In this document: positions 28,697 to 37,797 of the stretch, piece by piece
Position numbering within the stretch: the stretch's first letter is position 1
How the letters are laid out: every line of letters begins with the position of its first letter
Source: Bdellovibrionales bacterium
GTDB taxonomy: Bacteria > Bdellovibrionota > Bdellovibrionia > Bdellovibrionales > UBA1609
Direction: 5' to 3'
Assembly (NCBI GenBank): GCA_965203785.1
Contig: OZ241911.1
Span: forward strand, 548,109 to 612,108
DNA length: 64,000 nucleotides
The notes under the pieces: generated by a model
Database searches by the model: none
Seen by the model: only the letters and a program-made list of their open reading frames with translations
What the model was told of the DNA's origin: nothing
Made by a program: the position numbers and the translations under genes

Positions 28697-31597
28697 TCAT
28701 AAATCAGCATCTTCTACAGAAGTACAAGTTTTATAATTGACATTGATACTTTCAAAATGCCTTTTACCACAGCTGATTTTATTTTTTTCAAGCCCTCGCA
28801 AATTTAATTCTTTTAAACTACTTTTTGTTTCTCGTATCATATAAACAATATTCCCATTTTGTTTCAAAATGGCCCAATCTGGATTGTAATCTCCCACAGG
28901 AGTAGGCACTTTAAACCAATTCGGCAATTTAATAAAGTACTTGATGTTATTCATATTTTCTAAACTTTCTGCAAACTTTTTTTCGGTATTTGATTCATAA
29001 TAAATATAATCATAAATAGACTTTTTAGTTGGAATAACTTTGTCATCTACAAATTCCATTTTATGTGCTTCTTTTTTAAATTCTGACATTTCATAACATT
29101 TTTCTAATTTTTCATATTGAATACCATCAATTATTAAATTATGTAAAGTGTTTTTAATGTTTTCTACTACTTGATCCATAAACTGTTGAGGATTTTTGGT
29201 AAAATCATCTAATCGTTCTGATTTATCTAATATATTAAAAATGGTTCTTTTTGTGATAGGGATTTTTGTTTGAATATATTTTAAAATATTAGGTAATTTA
29301 GTTTTGTGGGGTTGTAAATAATGAGTTGGAGTTTTTGTAGTATAAGCTACAACACCTGTAGATTGTATTTGCAAATCAGCTCTATTAGATATAACCTTAA
29401 TCGGTTCTATAGCTTTCATATTTTTTATAGCCTTCGCAGATTTGTTAATCAAATCTCGAGTGTTATAATATACAGAGTAGAGTGTTTTTTGCGAAATAGT
29501 ATTCCAAAATTTTTTAAACTCAGGATCTAAAAAAGCTTTATTATTTAAATGAGATTTAACTTTGCTTTTATGTTTTTTTATATGTGAATCCATTTGATAT
29601 TGTTCTATTATTTGAATAACATCATTAGTTATCTCATTAAATTTTTCTGGAATAGAAAATGTATTAGTTTTGACAGATTGGTTAAATGTTGTTTTTATCA
29701 GTCCATTTTCAGAAATAAAATTTTTTATTTTAAGATGATTCCATATTTTTTGTGAATCTTCCAAAGATATTGTATGTTCCTTACCTTTTTTGTCAAAAAC
29801 CATTTCTACAAATGCATTTAAAGGTAAACTTCCAAACACTACTCCATTTTCTTCTTGAAGTTCTTTTTGCAAGCTTTTTGTAAAATCATTATAGCTTTCG
29901 TTAGCTACAATCACTAACTCGTTGATTAAATGATCTTGGATTCTTTTTCCTTGTTGGTTGACAGGGAGCCTTAATCCTCTTCCAATTTCTTGTCTTTTTT
30001 TTATAACAGAACCTGTTTCATTAAGAGTACATATTTGAAAAATATTGGGGTTATCCCAACCTTCTCTTAAAGCAGAATGAGAAAAAATAAATTTAAGTGG
30101 GTTATTAATGTCTAAAAGTTTTTCTTTATCTTTCATAATCAAACTATAAGTATCTGTATCGTCTATAGTGTTGCCTCTTGTATTTTTTAAAGCCCCTTTT
30201 TTATCTTTAGAAAAGTAACCATTATGGACTTGAGAAACTTTAGTTATATCTAATTTGTTTTTATATTCTTTTGATATCTCTTTATAAATTTCTTCAAACC
30301 ATTTTCCATAAGGTCCTAGGGTAGAATGACCTTTTTCATATATTCTGTAATTTTCTACTCTATCTAAAAAAAACAATGATAATACTTTTATATCTAAATT
30401 TTTTAATTGGTTTTCTTTTTCAAAATGTGCTTTTATCGTTTCTCTAATTTGAATTTTTATAACAGCTTGTTTGCTACCTTCTTGTTCTTGCCCTAAGTAA
30501 AGCTTTAAGCTATTTGAAAACTTAACAAACTCATTACCCGGTTTACAATTAATTTCTGTTACTTTAAAACCGTTTTTATAGGTACTGTTTTCTTTTGAAA
30601 AAATAAATAAATCATCATGTTGTTGGCATACCTTTTTTATTAATTTTCTTCTCTCTTTTACATTTTGATAAAACTGTAGAGTGCAGGTTATTTTGTTATT
30701 TTTGTTTACAATTTTTAGTACTTTTATGTAGGCATTTGTAGGGTCGTTTTCTTCTACAATAGAAGCAACAGAAATCTTTTTAACTAATTTATTTTGAAAA
30801 GCCTGTATAGGGTCAAGTTTATAAATAAGATTATATAAATTACGATGGGTAGCAGAATACCGTAAAGTACATAAGGGATTTAAAGAGCGAATAGCTTGAC
30901 GAGATATTTCACTTTCCATGTTTTGGGGCTCGTCAATAATCACAATGGGTTGTGTTGCTTGCACAAACTCAATAGGTTTTGCTCCTCCCATTTGATCTCT
31001 TATAGAGTGCATAATATTGGTATCTTTATTAAAAGAATCTATATTAATTATCATAATTTGCAAAATATTACCTATAGCAAAACTTCTTAAAAGGCTTGTT
31101 TGTTTAGATTGATAAACAAATTTTTCAAACTGTATTTTGTTATAGAGTTCTTCAAAATGCATTGTCATCATAGATAGAGATTTTAAAACTCCCTCTCTTA
31201 CAGCTATAGAAGGAACCACAATAATAAATTTGTTAAACTTATATTGTTTATTCAGTTCAAAAATAGTTCTTAAATAAGTGTATGTTTTACCAGTGCCTGT
31301 TTCCATTTCTATAGAAAAATTCTTTCCTTTAGAATTTATATTTTCTGAAGAATCAATAAAGTTTTTTTGTTGTATAGATTTTAAATTTTTATTTATTTCC
31401 TCATCACTTAATGTGAGTTTATTCCCATACCCGGGCATAGAATTTTTAATATCAATAGTCATTTGCTCTATGTTTTCTGTTTTTCTTTCGGTTATATTAA
31501 AAAATGTATGAGAAGCTACTTGCCCCTTAAATAAATTTGTAACGGCAGAAATAGCATCTAACTGGTATTGTTGATTGGAATTAAATTGTAATTTCAT
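28697..31597 (-). CDS. res: Type III restriction endonuclease subunit Res
   Basis: EMETGTGKT, IIIDEPQ, RYSATH, SALREGWDNPN, QEIGRGLRL, C-terminal YNPDWAI...ETK nuclease. Confidence 0.93.
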   Translation of the reverse strand: MKLQFNSNQQYQLDAISAVTNLFKGQVASHTFFNITERKTENIEQMTIDIKNSMPGYGNKLTLSDEEINKNLKSIQQKNFIDSSENINSKGKNFSIEMETGTGKTYTYLRTIFELNKQYKFNKFIIVVPSIAVREGVLKSLSMMTMHFEELYNKIQFEKFVYQSKQTSLLRSFAIGNILQIMIINIDSFNKDTNIMHSIRDQMGGAKPIEFVQATQPIVIIDEPQNMESEISRQAIRSLNPLCTLRYSATHRNLYNLIYKLDPIQAFQNKLVKKISVASIVEENDPTNAYIKVLKIVNKNNKITCTLQFYQNVKERRKLIKKVCQQHDDLFIFSKENSTYKNGFKVTEINCKPGNEFVKFSNSLKLYLGQEQEGSKQAVIKIQIRETIKAHFEKENQLKNLDIKVLSLFFLDRVENYRIYEKGHSTLGPYGKWFEEIYKEISKEYKNKLDITKVSQVHNGYFSKDKKGALKNTRGNTIDDTDTYSLIMKDKEKLLDINNPLKFIFSHSALREGWDNPNIFQICTLNETGSVIKKRQEIGRGLRLPVNQQGKRIQDHLINELVIVANESYNDFTKSLQKELQEENGVVFGSLPLNAFVEMVFDKKGKEHTISLEDSQKIWNHLKIKNFISENGLIKTTFNQSVKTNTFSIPEKFNEITNDVIQIIEQYQMDSHIKKHKSKVKSHLNNKAFLDPEFKKFWNTISQKTLYSVYYNTRDLINKSAKAIKNMKAIEPIKVISNRADLQIQSTGVVAYTTKTPTHYLQPHKTKLPNILKYIQTKIPITKRTIFNILDKSERLDDFTKNPQQFMDQVVENIKNTLHNLIIDGIQYEKLEKCYEMSEFKKEAHKMEFVDDKVIPTKKSIYDYIYYESNTEKKFAESLENMNNIKYFIKLPNWFKVPTPVGDYNPDWAILKQNGNIVYMIRETKSSLKELNLRGLEKNKISCGKRHFESINVNYKTCTSVEDADL

Positions 31598-33120
31598 TTA
31601 TTTTTTTTACCATTATTAATGGTTTTTTTAATTATCTTCCAATAGCCAGCTTTATCAGAACCCATTCTTTTTAGTATTCCTTGTTTCTTTAATTTTTCTA
31701 AATGATATTTAATACCATCAACAGTTATATCTTTAATTTTTACTGATATTTTTTGTCTTGTAATATGAGGATTTTTCTCAATCAAATTTAAAATCTGGGT
31801 AGTTTTCTGGGTAGTGTTTTGAGTAGCTTTCTGAGTAGCTTTCTGGGTAGCTTTCTGGGTAGTTTTCTGGGTAGTTTTCTGGGTAGTGTTTTGAGTAGCT
31901 TTCTGGGTAGTTTTCTGGGTAGTGTTTTGAGTAGCTTTCTGGGTAGTTTTCTGGGTAGTTCTTAAAGGAAGTATCTTTTTGAAAGTAACACTATAAAACA
32001 TGTTATCATGTTGAATTTTAAGTTTAATTTTCTTTTTATGTTTTACAAGAGCTGATTTGATACGTTTGATTCCTGTTCCTGCTTTTTCTATGTAATTAGC
32101 TCTATGTAACATGGAAGCAATCAGAAGGTTACGAGGTACACTTTTAGTTCCAAAGTTTTTTGAGCTTAAACCGCTAGGTAATCCTCCTGGATTATAGATT
32201 TCTACCCTATCAGAATACACTTCTATAACAACATGGCACCTTCTTTCAAAATAATCTCTATGGCAAACAGCATTTACAATTGCTTCTCTTAAAGCGGTTT
32301 CAGGATAATCTGGAATTTCTTCTCTACGAGGTTTGCCGGTAATAACATACTCTGTATTTGTGTGTCTCTGTACGAAAGACAAAGAATTTTCAATATTTTC
32401 TATAATATTTCCCTTATATTGCTTCCTATCTAAAATTTTAACTTTATCTTTATCTTTAAATAACAAACAGTCCACAAGAGCATAGTTCATAATAAAATCT
32501 ATATCTTTAGAAAAAAACAATACACCTAAGTTTGTTAATTTTTTATCAGATGTTAAACAGTCAAGATTTTGCAAAAGAATATCCTGGTTAATTATGGAGC
32601 TAATTTTTGACAGCTTTAAAAAATATTTGAAAGCTTTTGAATCAAAATCTTTTTTAAAATCAGCTTTTGTATTAACTAATTCTCCAAAATTAACTCTACC
32701 TTCTTTTTTAAAAAAATTAATAATTTCATCTCTTGTCATTTTTTGAGAATTTGCTCCTACTCTCATAAAAAAACCTCTGGAACATCCATAAGGTTTTTCT
32801 TCACCTTCAGGAACATAAATAACAATAAGATTATTTTTCACTTCAACAGATATATTTAGCTTAGGTTGTAGTTTTTGCACTATATCTTGAATTTTAGAAC
32901 GCATGCGGTTATTTGTATCAATACCTTTAACTGTTCCATCATCAGCTACTCCCATTATAATGCGACCGCCTGATGAATTAGCAAAGGCACAAACTGCATC
33001 AATAAGTGACTTATCTAAGGTTTGTTTAAATTCTGTACGGTATCCTTCACCTGTTAGAATAAAGTTTTTAATATCTTTATCAATTATATTGATACTATTT
33101 TGTTTGTTATTTTTTTTCAT
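31594..33120 (-). CDS. Schlafen/AlbA_2 - HATPase-like - wHTH protein
   Basis: GEGYRTEFK, AFANSSGG..MGVADDG, ALREAIVNAVCHRDY, NPGGLP, PRN, EKAGTG, C-terminal wHTH (LKRMGSDKAGYW). Confidence 0.88.
   Translation of the reverse strand: MKKNNKQNSINIIDKDIKNFILTGEGYRTEFKQTLDKSLIDAVCAFANSSGGRIIMGVADDGTVKGIDTNNRMRSKIQDIVQKLQPKLNISVEVKNNLIVIYVPEGEEKPYGCSRGFFMRVGANSQKMTRDEIINFFKKEGRVNFGELVNTKADFKKDFDSKAFKYFLKLSKISSIINQDILLQNLDCLTSDKKLTNLGVLFFSKDIDFIMNYALVDCLLFKDKDKVKILDRKQYKGNIIENIENSLSFVQRHTNTEYVITGKPRREEIPDYPETALREAIVNAVCHRDYFERRCHVVIEVYSDRVEIYNPGGLPSGLSSKNFGTKSVPRNLLIASMLHRANYIEKAGTGIKRIKSALVKHKKKIKLKIQHDNMFYSVTFKKILPLRTTQKTTQKATQNTTQKTTQKATQNTTQKTTQKTTQKATQKATQKATQNTTQKTTQILNLIEKNPHITRQKISVKIKDITVDGIKYHLEKLKKQGILKRMGSDKAGYWKIIKKTINNGKKNK
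31792..31959 (-). repeat. 14 x 12-bp in-frame tandem repeat encoding (T/A)TQ(K/N)
   Basis: ACTACCCAGAAA and variants; recurring higher-order unit TTQK-TTQK-ATQN. Confidence 0.95.
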
Positions 33121-35237
33121 TAAATTACCTTAAAGTTTCTAACTCCAAAAGAATTAAAAGTCTCTTGAGCATTGGTTTTTAATTGGTCATTATTTTCAAA
33201 ACCTATATCTAAGCATACCACACGAGCAGGTTTCAGTTTAGCTATTTCTTTAATAAGGTTTTTTGTAATTTTGTCCTCTAAGCAAATTAAAAGAGCATTA
33301 TTATCTATAGAATAAACTTTTTTATCAGCTAATTTTATAGTTGTTGTTTTAGTTGTAAGTGGGTAACCTGTTTTTAAAAGAATCTCATAAAGTAAATCTT
33401 CTTTAGAAGATTTTTGATCAATAAATTCATCTATGTGCATTTTTATTTGATTTGATGAATTTTGATCAGTAGTTTCTTCTTTCCATATTTTGAAGTTAGA
33501 TTTGTCTAATTTAAAGACTTTAAATCCTAAGTCCAAGTTATTTTTATTTTGATCTAAAAGACTTTGTTGTTTATTTTCTTCTTTGATTTTTTTAATAACA
33601 CGCCGAATCCGTTCTTTTCCAATATCAGCAACAGTTTTTAACCATTTTAGGTCATTAGTGTTGTAATACTTATCTTTATCTACATTTTTAATAAATTCAG
33701 GTAATTGGATTGATATAACTTGTAAGTTATTTTGGTGTTTTTTATTATATTCCATAATTGCATGTACTGTAGAATTAGAACCTGAAAAAAAATCCATAAT
33801 AATATCTCCAGATTTTGGGTTTATTAACTCTAGCATCCTTTTTATTAATAAAATTGGCTTCTTGCCATTAAGATACTGAATATTTCCTTCTTTTGAAATA
33901 TTATTCCAATTTAAATCACTCCATAAAGTACCAATTTTATCTTTTTTTATTATCGTATCTTTCTTTTTTTCAGAAACATCTTTCAGCCAAGCTATCAAAT
34001 CTTTGTTCCGACCTTTATAATATAAAATTGTAGTTTTTCCTTTATTTTTTCCAGATTCAGGAGTGTATTCAATACTTAAAAAATCATCTTCATATTCAGT
34101 TGCATCGAGCACTCTTTTTCTAATTGAACTCTGTGCATTAGTGTCTCTAAAAATTTTATCAAAATATTCTAGATATATATTTTTTTCTAATTCATTTTTT
34201 TCTTCTGTTGAAAAACTTCTATTTAATTTAGATATTTTTTCTTTTATCAAATCATCTATTGTAGTAATTTTTATATTAGTATGTTTAAATATTTTAATTT
34301 TGTTTTTTGATCCATCTTCAATATTTTTATAAAATTTTTTATTACCAAAAGAGTTAAGAACTCTAGTATATTTCCAACTCTTTTTTATTTTTTTGTATTC
34401 TTTAATATATGAAAAAAGATCTTTTTCTTCATAAATATCACTAAATTCAGTCATTTTAGAAGTATCTTTGCAATAAAAAAGAACATACTCAATATTCTTT
34501 TGAAGACTTTGACCTAAATAACTTCCACTAACGCCTGCAATTTTTGTTTTTATATGCATACAGTTTATAAAATTTTCTTCGCCGAAAATTTCATCACAGA
34601 TTTTTCTTAAATTAGTTACTTCATTATCATCAATGCTGATAAAAATAACTCCATCTTCTCTCAATAAATTTCTGGCTAAAAAAAGTCGCGGATACATCAT
34701 GTTCATCCACTTAGAATGAAACCTGCCGTCTGTTTCTTGATTGGTAGAAAATTTTTTACCTTCTGAATCTTTTTGCTCTGTATATTGCAAATAAGTATCT
34801 AAAGTCTCTGAATAGTTATCAGGATAAATAAAATCTTTACCCGTATTGTAAGGAGGGTCAATATAAATCATTTTTACTTTGCCATAGTAGGAATGTTGCA
34901 GAAGTTTTAAAACTTCTAAATTATCACCTTCTAAAAATAAGTTGTTAGTTTTATCCCAGTCTACACTTTCTTTTTTACAGGGCTTTAAAGTGCCAAAACT
35001 TGGTTGCTGAATAATACGAAAACAATCAGACTTACCCGGCCATACTGTTTGATAGCGTTCTTGCCCATTATCTAATTCTTTTCCAAGGGTGGCTTTTAGT
35101 TTATTCCAGTCAATTTGTTTCTCATTAAAAACTTCTGGAAAAAGCTGTTTTAGTTTGCTTTTTTGCTCTTCAGTAATACTCATAGAGCTTAAGCTTATTT
35201 TCTTGGTTTTGGTATTATATCTGTTTTTCTTTTTCAT
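33120..35237 (-). CDS. mod: Type III DNA methyltransferase subunit Mod
   Basis: EGDNLEVLK, IYIDPPYNTG, WMNMMYPRL, FISIDDNE, DFFSGS, GFKVFKL. Confidence 0.93.
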   Translation of the reverse strand: MKKKNRYNTKTKKISLSSMSITEEQKSKLKQLFPEVFNEKQIDWNKLKATLGKELDNGQERYQTVWPGKSDCFRIIQQPSFGTLKPCKKESVDWDKTNNLFLEGDNLEVLKLLQHSYYGKVKMIYIDPPYNTGKDFIYPDNYSETLDTYLQYTEQKDSEGKKFSTNQETDGRFHSKWMNMMYPRLFLARNLLREDGVIFISIDDNEVTNLRKICDEIFGEENFINCMHIKTKIAGVSGSYLGQSLQKNIEYVLFYCKDTSKMTEFSDIYEEKDLFSYIKEYKKIKKSWKYTRVLNSFGNKKFYKNIEDGSKNKIKIFKHTNIKITTIDDLIKEKISKLNRSFSTEEKNELEKNIYLEYFDKIFRDTNAQSSIRKRVLDATEYEDDFLSIEYTPESGKNKGKTTILYYKGRNKDLIAWLKDVSEKKKDTIIKKDKIGTLWSDLNWNNISKEGNIQYLNGKKPILLIKRMLELINPKSGDIIMDFFSGSNSTVHAIMEYNKKHQNNLQVISIQLPEFIKNVDKDKYYNTNDLKWLKTVADIGKERIRRVIKKIKEENKQQSLLDQNKNNLDLGFKVFKLDKSNFKIWKEETTDQNSSNQIKMHIDEFIDQKSSKEDLLYEILLKTGYPLTTKTTTIKLADKKVYSIDNNALLICLEDKITKNLIKEIAKLKPARVVCLDIGFENNDQLKTNAQETFNSFGVRNFKVI

Positions 35238-35308
35238 TTTTTCTCCATAATGTTTAATGTGTTAGCATTATTACATATTTATTAGTATTTTTGTATGAAA
35301 TTTATATA

Positions 35309-37618
35309 TTATCTCCCTTTTTCTATAGGATATAAACTTATTTTTCCACAGTTACATTTCCAGCAATTAGTTTGCTTTCTTTGAGGTAATTCTTTACATT
35401 GATCACATATAAGTGTCTTTCCTAATTCAATAGTTTTATTTAAAAAAGAGTGTACTTCTTTATCAGAAATATCTGATCCTTTTTCATTAAAATGACAACC
35501 TACTTGGTTTCTGATAGGGTTTGTTATTTGAAATAAATTATTTATCATATCTGAAAGGATAATTGTCTTATTATCTTTTTTAATTTGTATCTGTTTTATA
35601 AATTTTTTTGGAAATGCATTCATTAACTCTCCTAAAGTATAAATAGGGCTTGCTCTCCTGGGAAGTTTAAGTTTATATATAAAAGTTAAATGATCTAGTA
35701 AATTTTCTAAAAAAACACTTGTTTTAGAAGCAACAATTTGGCGATCAAGAGGTTCTTTTTTTTTAAGCTCTTCTAATTCTTCAATCAATAGCTTTGTTTG
35801 ATTACTTTTTATTCCTTGTTCTATAGACCAATTGGTTGATAATTCAATAAATTGAATATTTGAACTATGTTGTCGATGGAATTTGTATTTATCACGCCAA
35901 GGACGATAATGAGTAGTAAGGATGATTTGATTAAAGTTTTGACTTTCCTTCTCCAACATTTGAATAAAGCGATCTAAATGTTGCTGATCTAAAGAGGTTA
36001 CAACATCATCTAAAACAAGTATGTTATTTTTAAAATATTTTGCCATAGCAATAAAAACACAGATTCCAAGAGTATCTAAATGAGAATCACTAAAATAAGC
36101 TTGTGGTGGAATACCCTCTTTATTCTGAAAAGTACTCTTAATTTCAAGAGACCCTTGTGTTTTTAGGTTTAAAAGTAATTGGATATTATTCAAACCTTCA
36201 TCAGGATGAAGTTTTAAATACAAATCTTCTATATCTTGAGAGATTTTAGTTAAAATATTTACTACATAGTTTTTTCTTTCTTTTTCTATAATTTTTAAGA
36301 TTTTATCTAAGTATTCTTTTTTATTGTTTAAATTTTGTATATACTTTTCTGTTTCTTGTAATGAATTAAAAGAAGTTTTAATTAAATTTAGTTGGTTTAA
36401 ATTTTTTTTATCTTTCTCATAGGATTCCTCAAGAACTCTAAGTGACAGTTGTACATCTTTAACAAATAAAGAAGTTTTATTTAAGTCAATTTGATCTTCA
36501 GTTAACAAGTTATTTTTATTAAAATTCTCTATAATTTTTTTTGTTTCAATAACACTGTTTTTTTCTTTACAAAAATCAATTAGTCTTTTGACTGATTTTT
36601 TTAGTGATATTTTAATTTCAGAGTGTTTGTTTTGAAAGAATTTATAATTATCTTTTGCTTTTTCAAATTTCTTACTTGCTTCTACTAAATTGTTCATATT
36701 GTTTAAACGATCAACAATTCTTTTTTGTAAATCATCAAAAACAATAGGCTGTTCACAAGCAGGGCATTCTTCAGCAGTTTTCTTTTTTTGTAAAAAACTT
36801 TTAGTTTTTGTTAAAATATCAATAATTTCTTCTGGTTGATTTTCTTTACTTTGTTCTTGTAAATTACTTTTAGCTGTCTCGAGTTCTTTTTTTGATGTAT
36901 TACATTCTTTTATTTTTTTTTCTAGTTTTTCCCAATTGTTATTAAATCCCTCTATTAAATCAATAAGTTCTTCGTAGTTGATAGTGTTTTCTGTTAACTC
37001 TTGAGTATTTTTACTACTTATATTTTTAGCCCATTTGAGATGGTCATTTTCAGGTTGCCCTTCCTGTTCCCATGATTGTTCAAGATTCTTGTCTTGGGTT
37101 TGTCTATTTGATATTTTAGTGTTTAATTTAGCATTTATATATCTAATACTCTCTCTAAGAGAGTTTTCAGAAGAACTAATATTTGGTAGATCGATAAAAT
37201 CTTTTAATTTTTCATATCGTGTTTTTGGTTCTGCATTTATTAATTTAAGTATTTTATCTCGTCTTAATATTCTAACTGACAGCAGTAAATTACTATCTCC
37301 TTTAATTTCTGGTTTGGATCCATCTAATTTGCCTTTAAATCCATATCCTTGATTAGTTTTAATACATACTTCAACATCCTGTGATGTGGAACCTAAAGAT
37401 GGAAGGTGACTTTTGATGTTTGTTGAACTTTTTTCTTTTAAAGAACCACATTGTTTATTAAAGATAAAATCTATTGCATCAATGATTGTGGATTTACCTG
37501 TTCCATTTTCTCCAAAAATCATTACCATTGATTTTTTTTTGTCAAAATCTATTTGTAAAGTCTTAGTTGCTCCACGAAAAGAGTTTAATTTTATAGTTTG
37601 AATTTTATTTTGATTCAT
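35309..37618 (-). CDS. Rad50/SMC-like ABC ATPase with zinc hook, putative HEPN domain and C-terminal zinc ribbon (RloC-like architecture)
   Basis: Walker A GENGTGKS, coiled coil with CPAC, signature YFSDSH, Walker B VLDDVVTSLD, H-loop LTTH, RNQVGCH, CDQC...CNC. Confidence 0.8.
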   Translation of the reverse strand: MNQNKIQTIKLNSFRGATKTLQIDFDKKKSMVMIFGENGTGKSTIIDAIDFIFNKQCGSLKEKSSTNIKSHLPSLGSTSQDVEVCIKTNQGYGFKGKLDGSKPEIKGDSNLLLSVRILRRDKILKLINAEPKTRYEKLKDFIDLPNISSSENSLRESIRYINAKLNTKISNRQTQDKNLEQSWEQEGQPENDHLKWAKNISSKNTQELTENTINYEELIDLIEGFNNNWEKLEKKIKECNTSKKELETAKSNLQEQSKENQPEEIIDILTKTKSFLQKKKTAEECPACEQPIVFDDLQKRIVDRLNNMNNLVEASKKFEKAKDNYKFFQNKHSEIKISLKKSVKRLIDFCKEKNSVIETKKIIENFNKNNLLTEDQIDLNKTSLFVKDVQLSLRVLEESYEKDKKNLNQLNLIKTSFNSLQETEKYIQNLNNKKEYLDKILKIIEKERKNYVVNILTKISQDIEDLYLKLHPDEGLNNIQLLLNLKTQGSLEIKSTFQNKEGIPPQAYFSDSHLDTLGICVFIAMAKYFKNNILVLDDVVTSLDQQHLDRFIQMLEKESQNFNQIILTTHYRPWRDKYKFHRQHSSNIQFIELSTNWSIEQGIKSNQTKLLIEELEELKKKEPLDRQIVASKTSVFLENLLDHLTFIYKLKLPRRASPIYTLGELMNAFPKKFIKQIQIKKDNKTIILSDMINNLFQITNPIRNQVGCHFNEKGSDISDKEVHSFLNKTIELGKTLICDQCKELPQRKQTNCWKCNCGKISLYPIEKGR

Positions 37619-37797
37619 AAATTTTGACCTTTTTGTTCAATGTAAAAATCTGAAAGTAAATTCCAATCTTCAGCAGATACTTCACCTAAAGATAATTTTT
37701 TTATCCATTCCTCTTTTTTATTCTCAAGGAGTAGTTTTGATTTTAAAAGTTTTTCTACAACTCTTTTTGCTACAATATTATCTGGTTTATCACTCAA
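37615..37797 (-). CDS. Small helical protein coupled between the SNF2 and ATPase genes
   Basis: TTG start directly abuts the SNF2 stop; its stop overlaps the ATPase ATG (ATGA). Confidence 0.7.
   Translation of the reverse strand: MSDKPDNIVAKRVVEKLLKSKLLLENKKEEWIKKLSLGEVSAEDWNLLSDFYIEQKGQNL

Noticed and set aside
33120-35237. Phase-variable mod (phasevarion)
   Set aside because: No simple-sequence repeat tract beyond short poly-A runs typical of AT-rich DNA; the frame is intact
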